Shown here: in pieces, positions 12,751-24,306 of the stretch | Position numbering within the stretch: position 1 is the stretch's first letter | Layout of the letters: every line of letters begins with the position of its first letter | Assembly (NCBI GenBank): GCA_032718475.1 | Contig: JAUCBJ010008117.1 | Coordinates: 62,001-126,000 of the forward strand | Length of the DNA stretch: 64,000 bases | Origin: Nemertoderma westbladi | Taxonomy: Eukaryota > Animalia > Xenacoelomorpha | Direction of reading: 5' to 3' | Position numbers and translations under genes: made by a program | Notes under the pieces: generated by a model | What the model was told of the DNA's origin: nothing | The model's database searches: none | The model's input: only the letters and a program-made list of their open reading frames with translations

Positions 12751-15700
12751 AATTTATTTTACAGTTGAATGCTTACTACTATAACGACAGTTAGAGCAAG
12801 TCTAGAAGAATCAGTATCAACTGTAAGCCTAGTAGTTAATTACCGATACCGTTACTCAGTGTAACGTGATATATATAATATATTAAAATACCGGTATACA
12901 CTTATAGTATATATATAAGTATTATTTACAGACTAGGATCAGTCACAGAATACCGGTATATAATTTCAGCCTAAATTTATATAAACTATATATATTATTT
13001 AAAATATTATATAAAATAAGCTTACCGTAAATACCGGTAATGTCAATTATTTAATAATAACTGATTTTCTGAATTTTAGGGTTACTTCCCTTTACTTTAT
13101 TACTGATATTAAGCAGTAGTTCAACTGATATTAAGACCTAATTGGTATATAACAGGCCTACTATTTTATAAATCTGTTTGAGTTGATTTATAAATATATA
13201 TATATATACCCGTACAAGGGTTTTTGACAATGTTTGAAATAAATGTTATTATTTCTGGATAAGGAGTCACTACACAGAATCTGAACGCTCTCAGTGGAGT
13301 GCTACTTGTTAGACACTAATACAGATAATTCTAATTTACTAAGTTACTTATCACTACAAATTACTTACAATTACAAACGAGTTGAGATTACAATCTCTAA
13401 ATAAACAATAAAAGTTACACGTACAATTTTTAGGGTAATTTTACAAGAAATCTACAAACCAGCCTAACAAGGAGTTAGAATTTCTGGTTCTTACAAACTG
13501 ACAGGAAACTACGGTGTTTGAAAACAATAAAGCAGTAAGTAGTAAGTAAATTGCGTTGTCCAGATAAGGAAATACCACTGTCTGACAACTTATAGTCTTA
13601 GCTCTATAAGTACTACGTTATATACCCGGAGTGTCCCTACCTAGAGGTTAATTACTGAAGCCAACCAGAGCTAACGTGCCTATTAACCACGTTACAACAC
13701 AAATATACTGCCTACACACTAAATTACTTTCGGAAAGCACTGTACTCTAAACCCTAAATTAGGTACAAATACTTATACAACAAATAACCAGCAGTTAAAT
13801 ATACTTGAACAGCCAAAAGAACCACGGTATCTGCTGGAATGACTGGAGCACAAAATCACCAGTCTTTACCTACGCCAAGCAGCCCTGATGTACTACCGGG
13901 GTTAATTTAATTATAGCGGTATGTATAACAAGCACAATTACTGTAGGAATAAACTTGGGGAGTTGGAGGTTGCGAATACTCACATAGACTCTGAATAATA
14001 AATATTACGCTACCCGTGCAGACTATTCGAACAAAATACAGACCAAATGCTGGCAGAGTACTGTCAAGCCGAAATAAACTACAGTATATGCAGACTCCGA
14101 AATGGTTAGTTAGTAGGCGTTCTAACCAAGTAGTATGACTTATTCTTTCGGGGGGATTTACCTTACAGCACTGGATGCCCCCACCTTCCTAACTAGCACT
14201 TTATTGGACAGACACTCTACACACACTGCAATCGCCTCAGACCTAACAACAGTTAGACAACAATCTGGCCTACAAATTATTTATACAATCTGAGCAGGCT
14301 TGCACGCCTTCTGCTCAATATTACACTTACAGATAAATAAAACTGACAGAAATATATAAGCTCTAAAAGAAATAAGGGGTGTACAGTCCCTACTCTCTTA
14401 AACAGCCTACCAATATACAATATATCACAATCGAAATAATACTGCTGTACCTGTAAGTACCGGTTCGGGTGGTTGGGCAGTTAGGCCTACAGTTTACCAT
14501 CCAACCGGTACATTCGACTTTATTGCCTACGGTGCAATAAAGAATCAAAACTACTAATGTTCGCGCTTTTAGACCTTTAGCAGTTTAACCTGCCAATTTT
14601 AGTTGTCCTCTTGTTTATAAATCGACTTTAGCCTATATCAATTACCTAGTGTACTGAAGTTACATCAGCCGAAGCCAGTCCGTGCGCGGCGTATGACCCA
14701 CGGTGTGGGAGACTGGATTCGGATTCCTTGAGAGTTATTGCAGTGTAGACCTACTGTATCATTCGATTGATCGTTACTATATAATCTCTGACAAATATAT
14801 TTACTTTCGGGGAAATATGTATAAAAACAGAGTTATGACTTATACTAATCACAACTAGATGGCCACAGAGTTTCGTAAATAGCGCATTCTTTAGGAGATG
14901 CTTTATTAACCTTCACACTACTTCACACGATTTCACACTACTTCACACTACTTCGCACTGATCTGCCGACCTTCACTGAATTTGATCATATATAAGGAGG
15001 TTCGCAACTGACACACGTAGGGATTATGAAATAGCATTTAATTCACACAAAACCAATATTATGTAAGTCGCAGTTGCTACCGGTAAACCTGTTCCTCTTA
15101 CCTCAGTAATCAATAAGATTGAGGGGTTTATGATTATTTATCGGTATTCTCCAAATATAACAGCAATATCCATTAATATAACAACAATTAATAACAGAAG
15201 TAAAATAATGCGGTGAACAGTCAGTATGTGTTAAAAGACCGTAATGAAATGTTGAAATGTGATCAAATAGTAAAATGAAATGGTGTATCCAGTTAATAGT
15301 TTTACGTTCTTATAATCAAGGCCATCTGATGTTCCTGGGCCAAAGTCTGAAACATCTACACAGACGCACAGAAAATTCCGAGCTGGCTCTGAGGCTCAGA
15401 AAAATAGTAAACAAAGACTGTAATGCATTGCGCGTGTTTCCATAGGTTTCTCTTAGACATAAAGCGAAAATCGCTCTGATTAGCTGAATGAGGCAGAACA
15501 AAGAAACTCCACGTCCACAAAGAATCAGCTGACAGATTTCGTTGTTAGCTTATTCAATCCCGCCAACACCCCATAAAGTTGTAAGCCGATAAGCAATATT
15601 GGGAGCCACGAGATTGGGCAATTAACCAACTCGTGCCATCCCAATAAGAGTGGGAAGGAGGCACACACAATAGGGGTCAGGGGCCAAACCCCTAACCGAG

Positions 15701-16190
15701 AGAGAACACAGGGAGTGAAGGGAAACACTCCAAAGGGTGCCAACAGGGGTATCAACCAATCAGAGGGGGGAAAGGCATCGATTGAGTAGCAATAAGGCCA
15801 CCGTGCAATATAACCAGTAACCTGTAATCATTCATTCAGTTTACTCAGTCAGATCAGTAGGGTGGAACGGGGACTTCTGTCACTGTCCGCTACCGCCATT
15901 ATATATTACCTATTGTGCCATACTATATTATATCAACTGTCAGACTATTATACCTTTATACATATTACCCAACATCAGAACTCTTTTACCTTTCACACAC
16001 GGCGGGGACGCGTGGATAGAAAACCCAAACGGATAAACCGGGATCCGTAGATCCCGTCACAGTGACAGAACTAGATCCGCCCAGCTGCCCTGACAGAGAT
16101 AGAATCCTAGCAGCTGCCCTAACAGTCTGACAGTGATAGAACTAGATCTAACCAACTGACAGACTGTGGCTGCCAGCTACCAAAGGCGAG

Positions 16191-19100
16191 ATGAGTCGAG
16201 AGAAAGGAACGACACCGCCGCGGACCCCGGACGACGATCTAACGATCCGCGAGGCCACGGCGAGACGATACGAACCCACGACGCCGGTCGATGCTACGCC
16301 GACCATGTCGACAACGAGCAACCCGGCGAACCGAGATGTGGGGGGTCGTCTACAACCGGAGAGCGAGTCGAGTAGAGGAGACGAGTCGGGAGGAGAAGAG
16401 AAAGACGAGTCGACGCGGAGCGAGGGTCGGCATACCGATGTCACAGGTCAGCCACAGACCGAGGACGACGGACGGTCCACCGGAACGGCGACGGTGGGGC
16501 CGCCGGTACAACGCCGGACCCGGAGAGATGAGGGAGATGTCGGTACCGATGTCGCCGGCCAGCTACAGGCCGAGGACGACAAACGGTCCACCGGAGGGGC
16601 GACGGTGGGGCCGACGGTACGACGCCGGACACGGAAGGGTAGAGGAGATGTCGGCAACGAGGACGTCGGAATCGGCGACCGGCTCCGACGAGCCTACCTC
16701 GCGACCCGAGAGCGACTGAGAGAGGCCAAAGGAGGGGCGAAGATAGACGAGGTGAGACTGAGGAAACGACTAGGTGAGTCGAATAGACACTTTGATTACC
16801 TAATGCGTTTTGGGCAGAGAGAACTAGCCGAGGAGAGGGCGAGGGGAGTTGCCAACGAACTGATTGAACTATGGGAGTGTAGGGGTATGGAACCTAGTGT
16901 AGTGTACATAGGGCCATACTTAGTCGATGCCCGGGGAGTTAAGTTAGTGGGTTGGAAGAGACCTGAGGAGGGCGAATCCGAGGTTAACTCCGAGGATTCG
17001 GTCTCGTCGGTTGGAGGAAGTTCCGGGAGGCGGGGGAAAGTTGATAGGACGGAGGGGCGGCGGGAGTCCGTCGCAACCGATAAGTCTGCTACATCCTCCG
17101 CGAAAGAAAGAAGGGTGCTAAAATTAAATCTGACGTATGAATTAGCGATGGTGGCGACAGAGCAGAATGAGTTAGAGAGACGATTGAGAGAGGAAACCGC
17201 ATGGTCGGAGAGAGAAAGAGAGTGGGCAAGGGAGGATAGAGAGAGAGTCAAGGAGTGTAGAGAGCGGGAGATGAGAGTAGGGGACGAGCCGGCGACGTGG
17301 CGTGAGATGGTTGCGAGAGATACCGAGTTGGCCGAGCTAAGTTTACATGATTTGCGTGCCCAGCTAAGGGGGCTTGCGCAATATCAAGCCGAACTGAATC
17401 AGCGCCGACTAAAACTGGCGCGGTTGGAAATGTCAGAGAGTGAGACCCCACTTACAGACACCGGGCGAGAGAACCAGAACTGGTGTAGCCGTACGGGCGG
17501 GGGGGGTAGTAGTAGTACGTCAGAAGTAGTTAATATTAATAGTACCGTAGTAGATAACCCTAATCCCTTTATTACAGGAAATAATAATATTTTACCAGGT
17601 AGTAGTAATTTAAATACAAATACTCTAAATAATAATTTCAATTCAAACTCGCAAAATAATTCGAATAATAATTTAAGTTTAGAGAATAGTAGTGATCTAA
17701 GTAATTTAAATAATTTAAATAATAATCCCGTTTCAAATTCTAATAATTTAATTGATTTAACAAATAATATTGGGAATGGTGCTATTAATGTGAGCGTGTC
17801 GGACGTACATAACCCGGCAGACGGGGGCCTGGTAGGCCACGTAGTTAGTAGGCAGGAGGTGGCAGGGTTGAGCCAACCCGGCGGCGGCCTGGTAGGCCAC
17901 GCAGTTAGTAGGCAGGAGGTAGCGGGGTTGAGCCAACCCGAAGTGGGCCTGGTGGGCCACGCAGTAGTAGAGAGAGAGGCGGGGGTGAATAGACCCAGCC
18001 GTAGTAGAGACAGTGCGTCGACTAGAGAGGGGTGTAGAGACGAAGTGAGAGATAATGAAGTTAGATGTGGCGGGTGGGGGGGGGCTACGGGCGCCCCACC
18101 ACATAAGATTAGTGGCGAGAGAGGGGGGGCAGAGAATGCCCCACAAGAGGGGTGTAGAAGTGTAGTAAGAGGTAGTGAAGTTAGAAGTGGCGGGTGGGGG
18201 GGGGGGCTACGGGCACCCCACCGCGAGAGATTAGTAGAGAGAGAGGGGGGGCAGAGAGTGTCCCACAGCCGTCAGCGGATAATGCGCGGGCCGAATCAGG
18301 TAAACCGCAACACCCGGCGACGGAGAGTAATAGGGGGATTGCGAGTGTCCCCAGCGGCGTGCGATCGAGCAGAGAGAGGCAGGTTGACGTCGCGAGAGGG
18401 CAGACGAAGCGTCGAGCCCGATCAGAAGAGAGAAGAAGAAGAGTAGAGTTTAACCGGGAGGTCGACGAGAGATCTCATGAGCCGGAATACTGCACTGAAA
18501 AGAGAAGAAGAGGAGATAGTAGAAAAGGTGTCGCCACGAACGATAGGAGTGCGAGGACGGATAACGGACCGTCGATAGTAGAGATGGAGTCTGGGAGCCA
18601 GTGGGGTCGAACTTCGGGAGATTGCCGTCGCCCCGGAGAAACGCACCGCACGCCAGGAGAGGGGTACAGGACGTACCAATACAAAGTCGAGAATAGGATA
18701 GGGGATCGAAGGGAAACTTCCCGACGTGATATAGCTGCCGATCGAGAGTACGGTAGTCGCGGGGAGATTCGAGATTCGCGAAGAATAAACTTCGGTTCGG
18801 AAGGGCACATGCAGACTGCAGGACATACTGTAGGCCTTACTGCACATACTATTATAGGCCATGCTGGGAGGGATAGAGTAGGCGATGGGGTAGCGCGAAC
18901 GACGGGATTAAACCCGGAAGTCGCGGAGTACATACCGGTAGGTAGGCGAGAGGTAGGTAGGCCTATATCGGTACAGCAGCATGACTATAATAATACACAG
19001 GGACATAACATATATCCAGGGGAGGGGGGAGTTATTGGAGATAGACGTATGGGCCCCAATATATTAACATCAACCCCAGTACCAAACATACCGGCTGGGG

Positions 19101-19956
19101 GGGGGGACAGGGTGACATTCCCCCATCACAATATCGACAAAATACCCCGATAGGAGCAAGAATATCGAACTCCCTGGACGAGAACAGGTCGTGCGGACAG
19201 TCACCACCACACGCGGCCGTACAGGGGACTGCTAGTCCACAGTTAGCTGGTAGCAGGGCCACACCGTGGCGGGGACAGAAAGAAAATAACACCATATATA
19301 ATAAACACAATCCCAATATACCCAGTAGGCCGAGTCTAGACAACCAAAACATTAAATCGGCACATATAAACCTAAGCGCGATACGTGAAGGACTATACAG
19401 GAAACGCTATAATCCAGGATTCCAATGTCAATTACATCGGGACGGAACCCATAAGACCAGGAGTTGCAAGTACTGGCAAGCGTTGCCCAAACGAGATCGT
19501 GTAGCCTACACAGACGCAAACGGACTATGTCACCGATGTGTGGTAAAAGGACACAGATCCGGAGAGTGTTGGAAAGGGAGAGGATGTGAAAGGACTATGA
19601 GCAAACATAAGGGAGTCGGGAAAGTAGAAGGAGGCGTGTTGCATACACACGCAGGACGGACACAGTGCGAGGGGGCATTACATGAGCAGACACCGCGTAT
19701 ACCGAGGGACGAGCGGGGGTCGTCGAGGGCTCTAATGCCAGCGCACATACGAAGGGGGAGGCCAGCAAAGGTAGCACCGAAGAGAGTGTGGCGAAGAGTT
19801 AGAGGACGTATAGGAGGGCAGCAGGAGAGTGCCTACCGGAAGAAGGGGCACGTGAGAGTTTTTAGTCGTCCAAAGTTTTGGACTGAGGGGGGTGGGAATG
19901 AGGGCGAGACGCCCTTCCCACGCACGAAATATAAAAATAATTATTTAATTAAATAA
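16191..19956 (+). CDS. Gag-like protein of the nested element, split into three frames
   Basis: ORFs 16191-18446, 18194-19153 and the frame ending at 19956 change frame near long G homopolymers (about 18195 and about 19100). C-terminal CQLHRDGTHKTRSC...LCHRCVVKGHRSGEC (CX2CX4HX4C knuckle, BEL-like spacing). E/R-rich coiled coil and Asn-rich tract. Confidence 0.7.
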
Positions 19957-19979
19957 AATAATTAAATAATAAAGTAGGT

Positions 19980-21790
19980 AGAAGTTAGGTAGTTAGGAGT
20001 TATTTAGGAGGTACGTAGTACCTAGGGTCAGAGTTAGTTAGTTAGTCAGTTAGCACTGATAGTTAGTGTTAGAGTAAGAGTTAGAGAGTCTCTCTACCGT
20101 TAGAGAGTAGGAGTTAAGGGGTACGTAGTACCGTTAGAGAGTTAGTAAGAGTTAGTAGGTACGTAGTACCGATAGTTAGAGAGTTAGAGGGTACGTAGTA
20201 CCAATAGTTAGTTAGAGTTAGAGGGTACGTAGTACCGATAGTTAGAGAGTTAGTAGGTACGTAGTACCTAGTTAGAGTTAGAGTTAGAGGGTACGTAGTA
20301 CCGATAGTTAGAGAGTTAGAGGGTACGTAGTACCAATAGTTAGTTAGAGTTAGAGGGTACGTAGTACCGATAGTTAGAGAGTTAGTAGGTACGTAGTACC
20401 AATAGTTAGTTAGAGTTAGAGGGTACGTAGTACCGATAGTTAGAGAGTTAGTAGGTACGTAGTACCTAGTTAGAGTTAGAGTTAGAGGGTACGTAGTACC
20501 GATAGTTAGAGAGTTAGTAGGTACGTAGTACCTAGTTAGAGTTAGAGTTAGAGGGTACGTAAGTACCGGCTAGAGAGTAGGAGTAGTAAGAGGGTACGTT
20601 GTACCGCTAGCTAGTAGAGAGAGCTAGAGTAGTAAGAGGGTACGTTGTACCGCTAGCTAGTAGAGAGAGCTAGAGTAGTAAGAGGGTACGTAGTACCGCT
20701 AGTTAGGGGTGTTAGTAGTAGCAGTAGAGGGTTGTGGGCACCGTAAGCGCCACGTAGTTAGAGTTAGTAGGGAATGCGCTGAACTTAGTGGGGCACGGGC
20801 GTGATGATGTGTTTGATGTAAGAGCAGGGTATGTTAATTAGGGTGGGTGCCGGGCACAAGAGGTGCCGGGCACAAAAAGAGTTAGTAAGAGTTAGTAGTA
20901 GAGTTAGTTGAGTTAGTAGAGAGTTAGTAGAGTTAGTAGAGAGTTAGTAGAGTTAGAAGGTGCCGGGCACAAGAGGTGCCGGGCACAAGAGGTGCCGGGC
21001 ACAAAAAGAGTTAGTAGAGTTAGAAGAGAGTTAGTAGAGTCAGTAGTAGTTCACATAATTAACGTACCCACTCTGCCGGCACTCAGAGCGTCACGTGTAG
21101 GCGATGAGACGTAAAGGGGGAGTAGAGGAGTGGTAGAGACGGGCACATAGGGTGCCAGGTAGTAGAGTTAGAGAGTTAGAGATAGAGTAGAGTAGTAGAG
21201 AGGGCACATAGGGTGCCAGGTAGTAGAGTTAGAGAGATAGAGTAGAGTAGTAGAGAGGGCACATAGGGTGCCAGGTAGTAGAGTTAGAGAGATAGAGTAG
21301 AGTAGTAGAGAGGGCACATAGGGTGCCAGGTAGTAGAGTTAGAGAGGTAGTAGTGTAGTAGAGAGGGCACATAGGGTGCCAGCTAGTAGAGTAGAGCAGA
21401 GAGGGCACATAGGGTGCCAGGTAGTAGAGCTAGAGAGGTAGTTGAGTAGTAGAAGGGCACATAGGGTGCCAGATAGTAGAATGGTTGTGGGCACCGCAAG
21501 CGCCACGTAGTTAGAAGAGTGGAATAGAGTTAGTAGAGCTAGTTAGTAGAGTTAGCAGAGCTAGTGGAGTAGAGTTAGCAGAGCTAGTGGAATAGAGTTA
21601 GTAGAGCTAGTTAGCAGAGTTGGTAGACTCAGAGGGGTCAAGTAGAGTTAGTAGAAGTAGAAAGTTAGTAGGAGTTAGTTAGACTTAGTAGAGAGTTAGA
21701 GTCAGTAGAAAGTTAGGGGCTCTCAGTTAGAGCTAGAAGTAGTAAGAGTTAGTAGTTAGCAGAGTTAGTTAGATAGTTAGAGTTAGTAAG
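19980..21790 (+). repeat. C-poor GTTAGA/GTAGA-rich region with three arrays of short hairpins
   Basis: About 18 GGTAC-GTA-GTACC (20010-20697), 5 GTGCC-G-GGCAC (20847-21002) and 7 GGCAC-ATAGG-GTGCC (21141-21470). Confidence 0.9.
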
Positions 21791-24306
21791 CAGTAGGTAG
21801 ATAGTATGATAGCACAGGGGTAGCATTAGAGAATAAAGCCTTAGGGAGTGACGAGAGAGTGGAGAGGTGATAGTGCGGAGTGCGAAGAGAGCGTGGGCGC
21901 AATTCAAGTGTGGGGAAGGAGAAGTGAGAGGAAGAGTGTGGGACGAGGAGGTCCGGGGGTATGCGAGAGTTGGAGCAGAGTGGTGAGAGTGTTGGGGAAA
22001 CAAAAATTGTGTGAGAGAAGCGCACGATCGGCCCGACACGAGACGCCAGAGGGTAGTGACATCATACCCATAGGGAGCGGCCTGGAAAGCCGACTCCGAA
22101 AAAATAGACCCACCCCACACCCGATAATAGATCGGGATCCAGCGGGATTGTAACGCACTTTTTGGTTGATGCTATCTTCTTACCGGGAAGATAGCATGGG
22201 GGGGAGTGTTAGCTTATTCAATCCCGCCAACACCCCATAAAGTTGTAAGCCGATAAGCAATATTGGGAGCCACGAGATTGGGCAATTAACCAACTCGTGC
22301 CATCCCAATAAGAGTGGGAAGGAGGCACACACAATAGGGGTCAGGGGCCAAACCCCTAACCGAGAGAGAACACAGGGAGTGAAGGGAAACACTCCAAAGG
22401 GTGCCAACAGGGGTATCAACCAATCAGAGGGGGGAAAGGCATCGATTGAGTAGCAATAAGGCCACCGTGCAATATAACCAGTAACCTGTAATCATTCATT
22501 CAGTTTACTCAGTCAGATCAGTAGGGTGGAACGGGGACTTCTGTCACCGTCCGCTACCGCCATTATATATTACCTATTGTGCCATACTATATTATATCAA
22601 CTGTCAGACTATTATACCTTTATACATATTACCCAACATCAGAACTCTTTTACCTTTCACACACGGCGGGGACGCGTGGATAGAAAACCCAAACGGATAA
22701 ACCGGGATCCGTAGATCCCGTCACATTCGTCATCTGGGTTCCAATTCCTTCCCGTCACGTTGTTGGATAAAATTAGGGCTATTTTAGAGTATTCTGCGCA
22801 TTGCGGAAAAATGACTTGTTATGTCCGCAAAAGCTTTTACATACTGGCTCATATTTGCAACCATTTGTAACAAATTGTAACCAGGGACATCAATTTGTGA
22901 CAAGGTGCTCATATTTTTAACCAAACACATTGATTCGTAATGCGGAAATACAGATTTGTAACCAGGTATTCAAATTCGTAATTGGAAATCCAAATTCGTA
23001 ACCAGGCGCTCAGATTCGATACTGGTTTAGAGTTGATATCCTGAAAAAAATAGTTAGCGGTTATGGCCTGTAAAAATATTAGTTTCGGTTTGGTTTAACT
23101 TCGGTTCCTTCACGGCGTCTTGACGCCGTCTTTAAATATTAAAAGTTAAATATTATAGGCCTAATAATTTGAAATAATACAGTATATAAATACAGTATGG
23201 CCTATACTGTATATAAATGGGAACATTTCTCAAAAGAACAGTCCGTTTAAATCAACGACTGCTTGTATTGTATTATTTGTTTTTATTATTTGACCGATAC
23301 TGTATACGATACGACCCTCCTGGCCCTGGCAAACCAGCAAACTGCTCAAGCGCTGAAGCCATTACCTCAATAAATCTTGTAAGGGGCAACACCTCAACAA
23401 AATTCATGGAATAACTATTCAAACCTTCTCTAACACACAGGCACTATCGGTAGGTATACTGTATAGGCAGTGTCAGTACTGTAGTGGCTCTCACAATGGA
23501 ACCAATTGATTGAAATGTCTTTTATGAAAGACACAGCAATTTTATACATACTGTATAGTATATTCCGCGTGAGGGGGGATTGACAAATCAACTAGGCCTA
23601 TGTATAAATAAATCACTGCTGCAGTATTTTGGAAATATTAATGTCAATTATCGTAATGAGAATTTATTTTGTAAGTTGTTTTTGAAATTTTCGTGGGATT
23701 ATACTGCGGATTGACTACTTACAAATTCCCAAAATTATACTCAGCGTGTCCGTATTTATAGGCCGAAACAGTCCACGTCCAGTCCAGGATGGTTGCAGGT
23801 CTGTAGGAGTAAGTACTGTATAATACTGCGGAGTCAATCAATATTGAATCGATTACGGTACTGTATGCATTATGCGGTAATATACGACAAGTTGTTACAT
23901 GTCATACAACTTATATTATATGTACAATAGATGGGATGCAGAAAATAGAGTATGCATGGCATGCATAAGCTACAACAGTATATATATCTGTCTTGCTGCA
24001 TATTAATTGCAATCAATAGGGATATCAAACATTAATTTAACTTCCTACAACTTTACAATACTTTACAATAAAAATTATTAAAATTAAAAAATTGTCATAA
24101 AATTATTAAATATAATATAACATATTAATACTTAATATATTTTGTTACATTACGTCATCTTAACAGCGTTCTGGTGAATTACTCGTAACGCTGCAAAGTA
24201 ATAACTGACATGGAAACAACTTCAATTACCGTATTCCAGAATGTATTATTACCATTTATCTTAATGCGTGCTGCTTTATTATCCGCAGTTTGCAGTGACG
24301 TGACTA

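Larger units (their letters stand above)
15543..22725 (+). mobile_element. Young non-autonomous gag-only LTR retrotransposon
   Basis: 519-bp LTRs TGTTAGCT...CCCGTCACA at 15543-16061 and 22207-22725; one substitution noticed (15884 T vs 22548 C). 5-bp TSD TTCGT at 15538-15542 and 22726-22730. PPT GGGGGGGAG before the 3' LTR. No PR, RT, RH or IN motifs. Confidence 0.93.
2513..22841 (-). mobile_element. Decayed BEL/Pao LTR retrotransposon complex carrying two nested insertions
   Basis: About 1.1-kb LTRs (+ strand TGTTCGCGCTTTTAGACC...AAAAGCTTTTACA) at 2513-4805 and 14558-22841. gag-PR-RT-RH-(IN remnant) on the minus strand. The outer flanks (GGAAC / TACTG) do not form a TSD. Confidence 0.85.
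14558..22841 (-). repeat. 5' LTR of BEL/Pao element, split by the nested element at 15543-22725
   Basis: 14558-15542 joined to 22731-22841 reconstitutes a copy of the 2513-4805 LTR. Confidence 0.85.

Noticed and set aside
19980-21790. Telomere-like GTTAGA/TTAGAG motifs
   Set aside because: Not a regular TTAGGG array, and internal to an LTR element with a TSD.
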